DNA of 63,239 bases, counting the filler, from Reticulomyxa filosa (Eukaryota; Protista; Foraminifera), in assembly GCA_000512085.1 (NCBI GenBank). It is 16 parts of 16 records of this genome, joined end to end, with 100 filler letters (N's around TTAATTAATTAA, not from the genome) between each part and the next. Parts side by side here need not be neighbours in the genome. Positions count along the whole stretch, not along the records: positions 12,150 to 14,129 come from ASPP01001470.1; positions 14,230 to 20,467 come from ASPP01025812.1; positions 20,568 to 22,980 come from ASPP01000161.1; positions 23,081 to 34,179 come from ASPP01007462.1; 12 more parts are not named here. One strand, written 5' to 3'. The translations under genes and the position numbers were made by a program. Below are positions 14,007-26,931 of the stretch, piece after piece; positions within the stretch are counted from its first letter, which is position 1; each line of letters opens with the position of its first letter. Below the pieces are notes generated by a model, which ran no database searches, was not told where the DNA came from, and was given only the letters and a program-made list of their open reading frames with translations.

Positions 14007-14278
14007 GTGACATATGCATTGGATATGTGTATACATACATATACATTAAACATACATATGTATCTATTTATATGCATATAAATATAATTTCTTTTTTATT
14101 GTGTGCCAAGTAATGTTAAAAAAAAAAAANNNNNNNNNNNNNNNNNNNNNNNNNNNNNNNNNNNNNNNNNNNNTTAATTAATTAANNNNNNNNNNNNNNN
14201 NNNNNNNNNNNNNNNNNNNNNNNNNNNNNTTTTTAAAAACCCGGAATTCAAACCCTTTCGGTTCCAACAAAATGAATA

Positions 14279-15509
14279 TTACATGACTGTACCCTTTCGA
14301 TGAACACCTTTTTTTTGATTTGATTTTTGTTCTTTCACATTTCCATCATCGATATAAAGTTTACCATTGACTTCATTTGCACCAATAAATTTATTTGAAA
14401 CAATATTTTGCATTCCAAAAATATTGTTATTATTGTTGTTATTCTTTTGATCATCATCTTGATCTTGGAATTGTTGTATGTTTGGTATGTCAATCATTCG
14501 AAATAGACATCTGTCATCTCTTCGATTGGTTAATACAACATTGGATAAGAGAGAGGAATTATTATGCACTGCCATAAAAGTCCCTGATTGACTTATTGCT
14601 TCAATTTTTATTCGAAAGTGCACTGTAAATTGACATTTTTGCTCAATGCAATCGATACCATCTGCATCAATTGTACTTCCACGATTTGATACTCTCAAAT
14701 ACTTTTTTGTACTCATATTTTGAAATGTTACTTTTTTATTCTTTCCTATTGTTTTCACTTTCCAAATACTGCTTTTATGTATACAATGACCTTGATTATC
14801 AACCATATATGATGTTGTATTCTCTTCATCATTTTCATTTTTGTACAATGTCTCTCCTTCTGTTATCTTTGATTGAATAAATCCATCTGTCAAATTAAAC
14901 CCAAAGTCTTTCTTGTTTTGTTTTTTTTTCATCACTCCATAGTGATCGTAGTCATGTTGAAGTACCACAGTAACTTCTGACTCTAAACCATAACTCTGAA
15001 GAGTGTAGTGAGTCATTAGGCTTTTTTTAAAAATAATTGAAAAAGGGCTATGCTCACTTCAAAATGTGTCCTTGGTTTTGTGTAAGAGTTTACTTATGTG
15101 GATTCAATTTGTCACCACTATCAAGAACATTTACTGACATTTTTGGTTTATGAATATCATCATCCCAAAGTGAAGAAAAATTAAAATTACATCGATTCCA
15201 AGAGAACAAAGAACAAAGTACAATAAGTACAATTTTCCATTTGCAATCACCAAACAAAAAATTTCTTTCAAATGTAGAAAGATTTACTTTTCAAACTTTA
15301 ATTGAAAGAAACATCATTTGGAAGCAGTTAGATTGCTTTCACTTTTGATCTTTAGTTTTTATAATTCTTGTCAACATATAATTTGTTTCGATTCGACAAA
15401 CGAAGGTCAAAATGTCAAAGATACAAACTTCTTTCAACCGTCTGATACATGATTCTTCAACTTCAAATACTTTGGACAACAAGCGCAAGTCTTTGAAATT
15501 TGTGATCAT
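14279..15509 (-). CDS. Putative beta-trefoil (fascin-like) protein, possibly with an N-terminal ubiquitin-like domain
   Basis: 245-aa ORF with FQNMSTKKYLRV / IEAISQSGTFMAV / MQNIVSNKFIG repeats. An upstream segment MITNFKDLRLLSKVFEVEESCIRRLKE and the motif TLQSYGL resemble Ubl ends. Exon structure unresolved. Confidence 0.45.
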
Positions 15510-15770
15510 ACAAAACTGATGAAGAATAAGAAAATAAAAAAAATGGAAGTGGCCCTTTTGGGCAAAACGCCCTACTCAACAAAAAAATAGGGAATTTGAT
15601 ATTTAGATTTTAAGACAGTTGGAAATATTAGTTAAATCCTAAATAAAACTTCTTTTTCATCACTTTGAATAATAATGAGCATTTTATTATTAGCTTCATA
15701 AAAAAACGTATTTTCAACTAACCCACAATGTTAAAAATCTTAAGGAAAGAAAAAAGATGACCACAATAAA

Positions 15771-15930
15771 CAGGAAAAAAAAAGATCCCTAAGATGAAGA
15801 CCTACAAATTCCCACAAGCTGTTTGTGACAAGCAATATTTTTTATATCTATGATTCATAGATATAAAAAATATTGCTTGTCACAAACAGCTTGTGGGTGT
15901 TTGTCTTCGTCTTAGGGGCTTTTTTTGCTG
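15771..15930. repeat. Long inverted repeat / hairpin
   Basis: Perfect 43-bp arms at 15811-15853 and 15855-15897 around 1 central nt, extended by imperfect arms to about 15771 and 15930. Confidence 0.95.
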
Positions 15931-15951
15931 TCGATTACTGGCAGTAGAACA

Positions 15952-18900
15952 TTACTGTGCTCTTTGATTTGTTTGTGCTTTGTTAATACCTACATTATGA
16001 TGGCTTCTTTTAAACGCAAAACTTTTGCATTCTTGATCACGAAACCACTCATAAATGATATCGTTCAGACGAATTCGATATCCAACATTGTGACCCCGCA
16101 TATAACAGTTTTGTGCATCAGTTTGGACTGAGAGATATGGCCAATTCTTTACAATTGATGGCAAATCTCCCTCACGAGGAGTATTACATAATGATTGAAT
16201 ATCACTATACAAATGTTCCATACTCTTATTGCTTTCCTCATTTCTCCATGCAAATGCATATTTGATGTAATTTTTCAACCATTTCTTATTTTTATTGATA
16301 TTCTCACTATTACATGGAAAATATGCAACTACATATGGCTGTATCTCTTTACAACGTTTGTTATTTGTTTGTATAGTTTTTTTTGGATGAGTATTTGATG
16401 GAACAGTTTTCATCCATCGGTTATCAATTCGAACCAAAATATAATTGAATGTTTTACACAAACTCAAATAAATAGTATGACCTTTATGACCAACCACCAA
16501 ACTCATTTCACAACATTCACTTTTTGATGATATTGGTTTTAAATTCACTAAACGATCCACTACATTTGAACTCCAATCATCAAGTAAATCTGGACATTTG
16601 TTGTGAATCCTCACACCTGTGATGTAATCCCAATATGTTGTCAATTGTACTTGCAATTCTTTCAATCCTTTTTCATACACTTTTTCAAATGTTGTATTCT
16701 TTGGTAACTCAATATGATATTTTCCATCTCGTTTCAATCGAACACAGATTTCAAATAATAGAAATATTCTATATCTTAGAAATTTTGTTACATGCCATCC
16801 ACTATCAAATCTTCTTGGATTTAAATTTTCAGGTTCAATGGATTTCACATTTCGACCAATTGCCCAATAAAATAAATTATCATTGATTAACATCTCTTTT
16901 AATTCTTTTTGATTCATTCCCAGTAAAAAAGATGCACCTTCTATTAATAATGTCTGATAACTATCTGCGTCAATGACTTTGCTGACACCGTCTTCATCAA
17001 TTAATTTGTCTTTGACATAATCAGTTGCATATTCAATTTGTTTCATTGGAAATATTGTTCGCTTCTTCAATATTAGCTTGCACAACTTTATCATTTCTGA
17101 ATATTCTTTTTTATTTTCTTTAATATTTTTTTCCTCTTCAATCTCTTCAATAAGTTCGCTGATGTATCCACAAGGAGTTTGTGCAGTATCTGCATCCAGA
17201 TAACCCTCGCTGACGTCAATCCACGCACCTTGCTCAATACAATAACGAGCAGTATCCCAATGTTTGTTATGTATTGCCACATGTAATGGAGTTTGTCCAT
17301 GTTCATTACATATATCATTTATGTCAATATGATGGTATTCCAATGCAGAATTTAGTTGTGATACATTACCTAATTTTGCTGCTTCATGAATGGAGGTATA
17401 ACGATCTTTATGTAAGTAATTATTTGAGTGTTGCAATTGTAATTTAATTTGCAAGGTATCATAATCACTCCATTTTTGTTGAATTAGAAATCCACATTCC
17501 CTAAATTTCTTATCGTAACAACGTTTCAATTCATTAAAAGCCTCAGAATTGATAATGTTATCATTATTATCATTGTGATCGAATTGCATGCGAGGGTTAT
17601 ATAACAATAAACCAAATGCTAGAAATTCCATTTCAATGTTTTTTTCCCCCATTTTAATTTTGGTATTTTCCTTCAATGCAGTGATTGTAACACGTCTCCA
17701 CATATCATCTGATATTTTTGACAATACTGAATTTACTTTATCACGTTGTCTCACAGAGATATTTTTGAACTCTTTCAAAAAACTATTTAGTAGTAAACAC
17801 AATTGCTCATCATCCAATTTCATTACAATTGTTCCAAGTACTTTTATGCATAAATCGCCAATGTTCTTGTAGAAATGATTAAATCCATCAATCAAAAATT
17901 TGCATACAATAGTCAACTGTTGTTCTCTCACTTTCGTTGATATTGTTTGAAGTATATTTTCACAGAAATATCGAACTTGGTCATATTCGTCCTCGAGTCC
18001 ATATTGTAAACATTCAAGTAGATCGTCTAATTGATCATTCGAATTTGGTACTAGTTTTCGAAGTATATCAGCATATAAGAATCGCATCTCAGAATCTTTA
18101 TCCTTGAATTCACTTTTAAGACAATGAAACAAATTATCCAATTGTCCTTTATTCAATCTCAATGCTATCACTTTAAGTCCTTTCGCAGATGAAATACGAA
18201 CATCACGATTTTTAGTGTTGAGATTGTCTATCAAAATTTTGAATGTGTTTTCTATTTGTCGTTTACTTAATTTCGATGATATTGCTTCAATTATGTCTGC
18301 ACAATAAAAACGAATATCTTTCTCTTCATTTTTTGAGTTCATTGAACAAATGATAGATAATATTATCAAATTGTTTTTCTTTGCATTTTATTAAGATAGT
18401 TTCAGATGACCGGACAGACAGTATGTGAGCAAGTTCATTTGCATTTTGTTTATTCAACTTTAATAAAACTCTTTCAAGTGAATATGCACAATATTTCTGC
18501 ACAAATCCATTTTCATTACCATCATTTACTCCATTCATCAAACATTTCAAAGTACCACTCAATTGTTGTTTACTCAATTTCATTGCTACTCTTCCAAGAG
18601 ATTCTGCACATGACATTCGAACTAACATATCTTCGTTCTTATTATTTAATTTGTTTATCAAACATTCCCACGCAGTATTCAATTGTTTATTATTCAGTTT
18701 CACTGATACTCTTCCAATTGATTCTGCACATGAATATTGGACATTTTTACTTGGGTCTTTTTTGAGTCCATTCACCAAATAGTTGAAAACATCAGCACTC
18801 AATTGTTTTTCATTCAATTTCAGTTTTTGAATTGTTTGTGCACATAAATAACGAACATCATTCTTGTATTTGGATCCATTCTTAAGCAAATACATAACAA

Positions 18901-20467
18901 AATTATCTAATTGTGTTTGATTCCATTTCATTAACAGTGCTATCAATAGATCGATACATAATTTATGAATACGCTGTTTCTTACGTTTCAAACCCTTTAT
19001 TAAATATTTGAAAGCAGTATCCAAATGAATTTCATTCAATTGTACTAAAATTTTTGTATATGATGCTTTGTACAACCAATGTCCACCCTTGTCCTTATTG
19101 TTAATTAATTTATTCATTAAATGCTCAAAAACAACATCCGCTTGTACTGGCTTCCATTTCTTCAAAAGTGTTTCAATCAATCGTACACAATAATGACGAA
19201 TAACTTTTCGTTTATCTTGCAATCCATCTATCATAAAATGAAATGTATTATTCGGTTGTTTTTTATTCAATTTCATTGAAATTTTTTCAAGTAAATTTGC
19301 AGATGACTGACGAAAGAATTCATTTCCATCCTCTAATGAATCCAACAAGCATTTACAAATATATTCCAATTGTTTTTTGTTCAATTTCATTACAATGGTT
19401 TTAAGTACTATTGCACACAATTTAAAGACATCTATATCTTTAGTATTAAATCCTAAAACTATATATTTTAAAGCATTGTCCATTTGTTTTTTATTTAATT
19501 TTACTACAATTGTTCGAATTGTATTTGCACATGCATTACAATAAGAAATTTTTTTATTGATAAACATATTAATCAAATCTCGAAAAGCATCATCTAATTG
19601 TTTTTTATTCATGTTCAATGATATTATTTTAATTAACTTGGCACATTCTTCATGTAAATCTATATTTTGACTTTGGAACCCGTCCAATAAAATGTCAGTA
19701 ATATCCACTCGTTTTTTATTCAATTTTTTCACAATGATTTTGAGTGTATTTGTGCACACAGCACAAAGAGGAATATTTTTGTTGAATATATCCATTAAGC
19801 ATTTAAGATTATCCTTCAATTGTTTCTTATTCATCTTCCACGATATTTCTTCAATTAATTTGGCACATTTCTTATGGACATACTCATCTCCATTATGGAG
19901 TCCATCCAATAAAACTTCAATAACACGATTTATTTGTGTTTCACTCACTTTCAATGCTATTGCTTCAAGTATATCCACGAGTATCACTCCACATTTGGGG
20001 TATAGACGGGACCATCGCTTTTTCGTTTCTGATGTTTGTGATACGCCCAGTTGACCTATGATACATAAGTAAATATCTGGATGAACAAGGATATTTGACA
20101 AATTTGGAATATTTCTTACTATCGCTTTATGGAATGATCGATCCACAATTCTGTACTCATTACCATTTTTGAATCTGTCAATATTGATCCAAGCAATCAA
20201 AAATGATTTGAATGAATCAATGAGATTCTTGTGGCAGTTTTGAAGTTGAGATGAAAGAAATGGACTCTCTGTGTCTGCTTTGCAAACATCCAGACAACGC
20301 ATATGAAATATCATTCGATGAATATAAGAGAGCTGAGAAAGTGATGGAGAATGTAACAATTTCCAAAAATATAGTAATCCAGATCCTGATGAATCTTTTT
20401 TACTTTCAATATTATCATATAATATCCCAGCCATAAATGGAATCATCATTGAATATTTGGGATTGAG
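15952..20467 (-). CDS. HEAT-repeat + ankyrin + C-terminal cysteine-protease-like protein (probable NACHT/NLR-like; 5' truncated; one homopolymer frameshift at ~18330)
   Basis: The 707-aa and 805-aa ORFs fuse if one base is removed from the A6 run. Many LNxxQL..CA..L repeats; ankyrin motifs SIHEAAKLG and GQTPLHVA; terminal GHKGHTIYL / IDNR / QTDAQNC. Confidence 0.8.
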
Positions 20468-21818
20468 NNNNNNNNNNNNNNNNNNNNNNNNNNNNNNNNN
20501 NNNNNNNNNNNTTAATTAATTAANNNNNNNNNNNNNNNNNNNNNNNNNNNNNNNNNNNNNNNNNNNNAAAAGTATTGTTTTTTTACATATGTTGAACTTT
20601 GATCAAATTTATTCAATATCTAAAGAATAAAAGTTTTTTCATTATCAAAAAATTTTAAGAATTAGATTTATTACAAATGATTACAATGACGATCGTGTTC
20701 AAAATCAAGTTTTGGACAACTATTCAAAAGTAAAAGGAGATAAACTATACAACAACACAACAGATAAAATATGGAATCGATTTCACATTTGTTTTTTTCT
20801 TTTAACAACAAATTTGTTATCTTTTTATGTATGCATGACACTGGCTGTCAAGTAAGCTTCATTTGCACTATCTGATTCCTATTTCGTTGGAAAAAAAATT
20901 GTTTAAAGATATTCCATTATACCAATATCGATTTAACCAAAGAGAAAGTTATATTTGTTGTTAATACTTGCATTAAATTTTTTCAATGTAACTTGGCATT
21001 ACAATCTGGCAAATGACACACTATACTTGATATCTTTATCTACAAAATCATATGCAATTGGAAAAAGACTAAATGAAGCGTTATGACAACAATACAAAAA
21101 GAACAACGAATACAAAATGTGTATTTTCATCTATTGATACTTCAAACAGTTTTTGCAATCTTTTTGTTATTGACTAGCAAAAAAAGAATATCGAATATTT
21201 TTGTAAAACAAATAGTTTCAAGAAATGATTTCAAATTTTCATTATTTTAACAAAAAATATTTTTTTCAAAAAAAGAATTTTGATTCATGTGAAATCAAAA
21301 TGGTATAAATAGTCGATCATTTTCTTAGACTGTTCATTACAATGATATGAAAAAAAATAAAATATACATAAATGAAATGCCCTTGACTTGGGCGACAATT
21401 GGGTGTATTTTCCATAAACAATCTTAATTTTGAAATCTAATTATACTCCAGGATCTGATCACATGCATTACACTTTTTATAACATTTTATTTTTAAAAAA
21501 TGAAATGTATTGTTTACAGGTAAAAGATTTGACTGAATTTTTGCTTCTACTTTACGAAAGACACTTTTCAAAGGTATATTTGACACAAAAATTTGCATTT
21601 TTAACTAAAACAATTTGTATTTGTACATTTTGTTTCATGTAGCAATTCCACCAAAAAAAGAAAAAAAATTCAATAATCTGCTCATTTTTGTTTGTTTGTT
21701 TACAAACAATCTGAGCAAATGATTGTGTATGAGATTTCATTGAGCTTCCGTTAAGGAAGGAAACGAAAAAGGAATCGAGAGAAAACTGAGCAAAAAAGAG
21801 GTAAATTGTACAAGGTGA

Positions 21819-22933
21819 CTACTCTGTATTGGCAGCAGTCTGTCTGTTACTATAGTCATGCCACAGCACATTGTATACATCACTCCTCTCAAAACGCATA
21901 AAACTATCTCTGAGCAAGCTTGCAACATCTTTGGCAGCAGCGTCAAGACACCGCAATTTCAGCTCAAGAGTGACAACGTGAGTACCACTGAGGATATCAA
22001 AATTAGAATTATCAAGGGAGATGGAAGTAAGGCGAGAGAAGGAGGAGCTCGTTGTTGAGAGGACAGTAGGCACAACTCCGTCGCAAAGTATGGAGCGACA
22101 TTGTTTCGCAATATCCGACGAAATGTTGATTTCAAAATTTGCATGGCCCCTTTCAATGTACTTTTTATACAATAGAAAGATTGCTTCGTCAATTGTTGAT
22201 TCCCCGTTATGGACCCGCCGAACCAAATAGCTTGGAGAAATTTGTTCCGGCAAGTTTACGTGAAAAATATAATACAAAGAAGATATCTGACCTTCGAGCC
22301 TGGCATCTCATTTTTATTTACGAGTTGTTCATAGCATGCAAATAATTGGCGACATTCTTTCAAATAAATGTTGTATCCCAACATAAACATCCAAAATTGC
22401 AATAAACATTTTTTCTTAAAAAAAAAAAACACGTATAGACAATACGTATACGTACCAGTGACAAAAAGCAAATTTTCAGCTGACACCTCTTGTGACAAGA
22501 AATGCATAAAGACTTCAAATCCATCACAAAAAGCGATTACGTCAGTCCAACTCCGGAATCCGTGATTGGGATTATCTTGTTTCAAGGGCTGGCGAGTCGA
22601 GATAGGACCGAGCAAAGAAAGTGTTGCTGGAAGTTTCTTCAACTCGTTTGGTGGCAAGTGCATGCTGAAAAAAGTTTGCAAGCATACTCGAATGAAAATG
22701 CTTACGTTCATTTTGTCCTTGTAGCGAGCTTTCAAGTCGTGGTATCCCAAGCCATTGCAATAGCGAATAGGGATGATCACCGAGCAATATAAACACGCAA
22801 TGCCACAAACTATTTCAAGAAACCAACGAAACCAACCCGCTACGTATAATCCAATTATTGGGAAAAAAAAAATACTGCAGTGATAAGGATAGCTGATATC
22901 ACTGCCACTAATCCCCAAATAATTACATTCCAT
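21819..22933 (-). CDS. Transmembrane + RGS domain protein (7TM-RGS-like), 3' part
   Basis: RGS motifs FMHFLSQEVSAENLLF, YKKYI..FEINIS, LLRDSFMRF, preceded by two hydrophobic helices. Confidence 0.8.
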
Positions 22934-23080
22934 AGTAGCTCATATCTTTTTTTTAAAAAATTTTTTTAAAAAAAAAAAAANNNNNNNNNNNNNNNNNNNN
23001 NNNNNNNNNNNNNNNNNNNNNNNNTTAATTAATTAANNNNNNNNNNNNNNNNNNNNNNNNNNNNNNNNNNNNNNNNNNNN

Positions 23081-25093
23081 ATAATAAATAATAATAACAA
23101 AACTGCATTTTGTATTTGTTTCATTCTGGCTTGAAAATCATCGTATTTGAAATCGTCTTCACTTTCGTTTCCTCCTTGATTGGACGGCGTAAAAGTTTTG
23201 TCTTGTCTTTTGGAGGGGTCGTCGGAAGAGTCAATGAGCAAATGCTTGTCATGAGGACGGAACATTTTAATGCCATCCTCATCAGATTTGAAGGGCATGG
23301 ACAATGGGGTCAATTTATCATCGTGCTCTTGTTCATATTCCGATTCAAGCACTTCTTCTTCAGCTTCGTCGTCATGTGGAATAATCGACAGAAACTCGTC
23401 GCTGACCATGTTCCCCTCCATTCCCAACAGTGGTATCTCCTTCAATGTGTCAAATGTCTGTCGATCTTCACGCACCACCACCGTCCCATTTTCCTCCGTT
23501 TCGGCGTCCGTGTTGCTCCCTGCATTCACGAGCTGCTGCAAGTTGTGATGGCTGTTGCTGTTACCCTGGTTGCTCAGTATCATTGTCGTTGGCTTCGTCG
23601 TCATTGTGCTGTGATCAGTTGGAATACGGTTTTTTAAAGGAACCGATTTCAATAATGACGTCACACTACTATCCCGAGATATCCTCCCAAAAGGCAATAC
23701 TGGTGTTGCCACCGAGGGCAGCATTTCTAAAGTCAATGTCCGCGAAAGTGACTCCGAAAGTGAGCGCTCGCTCGTCATGCTGAGTCGACTTCGATTTTGA
23801 ATTGTGTTTGTTGTTGTTGCTGTTGCTGTCGTTGTTGTCGCAGCTGCAATATCTTTGTCTTTCCCTTGATATCCTTTCTTAAATGAAACGTATCCACCGT
23901 GCAATATTTTGTTATGCTGTTCTGCTAGCATCAGCACTTGATCCAAATCAAATTCTTCCTCTGCCGTGTCGCCCGTCGCTGTTCCGGGAACATTTCCGGA
24001 ACCCGCCGGAGGATGTGCGTGAGGAGGAGGCGTGGGCGTGGTGGTTTCTACAACAGTTCCAGTGGAAACCAGGCTATCCGCAGTGAAATGTCCGTTGACG
24101 TCATGTTCTGAGTCTTTTTGTACACGCGCAAGCGAGTGACGATTGGGAAGAGGAGAGGGATCACGACCAGTCACTGGATACGTGTCCGTTTGAGAAAGTA
24201 GTTTCATTGTCAAATTGGGAATCGCTCTCTTTTTTTATGATACATCATATATATACATACTTATATATATATATATATATACATATACATATGTATATGC
24301 ATACATGTATATGTGCCGTATAATATTTGAATCACATTATAAATATTGAAATGTAAAGTTAAAAAAAAAAAAAGTATGATGGAATGCTATTGGATACATA
24401 TACATGCATATGTGTATATATTGTAATAAACTCGATTTTGTCGGATCAGCGAAACCAAGGAAACATATTGTTGCATAGTCATGAATGGATTGCCATCGGT
24501 CAATTGATAGAAAATAATTTGCAGTTGATTATCATCGTTGAGTATTTCATCAAACATTTTCTTATCTTTTTCGAGCAATGGTTTTTGATTGTGCTGCTCT
24601 TCCAACAGCACTCGCATGGATTGCTTCCAAGAGACAAACGAAATTGGTTCGTTCCAATCGGTGGTATGTCGACTCACAGAGTGGTTTTCATGCAGCAACG
24701 ACCCTTTGATATAGCGCTTTTTGTTCGATCGAGTTGGCGCTATGCTGTCTCCGTCGCCGTCGTCGTCTCCAACGTATTCTTCCTCCTCCGATCGGTACAT
24801 ACTCTCCTCTAATCCACTCGTCTCTGAGGCTGTCTCCATATTCGGCGTTTTCGTCTCGCTCGTCTTTCCATTCTTTTTCTTCTTTTTTTTGCTCCGATAT
24901 TTGGCTTTTTGTCGTGCCGATAGTGGCGTGTTTGTTGGTCTTGTCCCATGACTCGCGTTCGTATTTGTGTTGGTCTTACTACTAGGACTTGCTTTCAAGG
25001 ACTTTGCTTCGTTGATTAAAATTGATGGAATTACTATTGTTTTTGGTTCTTTTTTATAGTTCTTGTTATTGTTATTATTATTATTAATATTAA

Positions 25094-25124
<31 letters not shown>

Positions 25125-26397
25125 GTTATTATTCACATCAAATCTTTTCGTTAACTCTTTGACTGATTTACCATTGCTCCAAATGCTTGTGCTAACAACT
25201 CCGCTTTGTCTTTTTTTTGGCATCGCCGTCCCATTTCTTTTAGTTTTTTCATTATCGCTATCGGCAACGCCGTTATAGTCGCTATCTTTTTGATCCAGAT
25301 CGTCTCTCTTTTCATTCGCTCCTCTGTCCTTTGCTTTGGAGATTGGCCTTACGTCTGTCCTGCTCCGCAGCACGCCCGGTTTTTTGCTTGGCCCTTTGGG
25401 GTCATCCCCGTTCGAGTCATTGCCCGATTGGATCTTCGATGTCGTCTTCGATCGCCAGTTATTCACCTGTCCCTTCGTTGCTGTTTGCGTTGGCTCTGCT
25501 TTCATCGTGCTGGCCAGAGGTGACGTAGCATTGGCTTTCAATATCTGCATTCATTGTTGCCCGTAACAATTTTGAATACATATTCGTATATGTATATGTA
25601 ATGTAGGGGTATATGTAATATAGACTTTGTTTTTTAAGAAAGCATAAGGTAAACAAGTTTACGTATACACTATTATAAAAAAGAAACACCAATGAACGAA
25701 GGTATAAAAGGTGAAGATACAAAGGTTTTATCATATGCATGTATGTGTATATAAACATGTATGTATATGATAGACGTATAGCATATATATTTATATACAT
25801 ATACATATATGTATATGTGAAGAAACCAACCGAAATGGCATTGACCCATTCAATAGCTTCATGCTCGGTTTCCGCTTCAAACTCCATAGTTTTTTTGGCT
25901 GTAATCACTTGGAAACGCTTTGTGAACCCATCTGAAGTAGCATTATTTTCCTCAGGACAGGCCTTAACGGATATACAGTCATAGAGCTTAATAGTAGTGA
26001 TTTCATGAAATGACCTTGGGTGATGGCATTTTAATAGTCCACTCGCCAATAGAAAACAATAATATTTTTTCATTGCCATGTTTCGTTTACTTTGTTTGCT
26101 CAACACTCCTTGATGAATTATATCTTCGTCTATTTTCACCTGCAATCCAAATGAAATTTTGCTTTTTGTTCGCCATTCCGTTGAGGACTTGCCACTGATT
26201 TTATATCGCCTCTCTTTTGATTGATTCTGATTCGACAGCAAGGGCCGAGGTCGGTCTATCGCGTTGCTGCTTTTTCTCGGATTTGTCGGATCATCATTTG
26301 AAGCTTCTTGTTCAAAATAGGGAGAATTACCAGAAGAGCCCTTTGATGCAAGTGATAATCTTTGTGGGCTACCTGGACGAGAATGTGATGTTCCCAT
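23081..26397 (-). CDS. Myristoylated PH-domain protein with long disordered regions, multi-exon, 3' truncated
   Basis: N-terminus MGTSHS (MGxxxS). PH motifs HQGVLSK, FQVIT, FEAETEHEAIEWVNAI. Downstream ORFs 25550-24387 and 24213-23081 are separated by TA-repeat introns. Confidence 0.75.
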
Positions 26398-26931
26398 CCC
26401 AAAAGTTCGTTTTGAGAAAAAGGAAACGTTTTTTTGTTACACTAGTTTGTCTCGTTTTTTGTTTATGATTTTGAAATTTTATTGCAAATTTATTCACTTT
26501 TTCATACTAACAGTTAAAATAAAGTTCGGTCGGTCTTTTTTCATTGGAAACTGTGTTGAAGAAATAAAGTATTGTAAACTAAAAACTTTTTTTTGTGTAT
26601 AATTGAAATGCTTAAATGTGTTGTTAAAAGTTAAGGATTTTTTCATTAACAAAATTTGTCTAATTCTTAATGTGATAGACATGATGTCTGGTTTTAACCT
26701 CTAAAATTGAAATTTTTTTGCTATCAAAATACAGACTAGTTTTCTTTCGTTCTCAGCAAACTTATCGTTGTTTTCTATCCAAAAATTCACTCATGATTAA
26801 AAACAGAATCACAGGAAAATAAGAATAAAATAAAATGCTTTTTTTATTTGCTGAGCACCTCAGTGTGTTTTTAAAACAACTAGCTTGCTTGTTTTTCCTT
26901 TACTGTTGGTGCTGCTCGCCCAACTTCATAT

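Noticed and set aside
18326-18334. AAA-TGA as a Euplotes-like programmed +1 frameshift site
   Set aside because: Other frameshifts in the window (~27440, ~38701, ~42045) also sit in homopolymers and go in both directions, which fits sequencing error; raw reads would settle it
12961-22933. G-alpha and RGS as a linked gene cluster
   Set aside because: They are on different contigs; proximity is an artefact of concatenation
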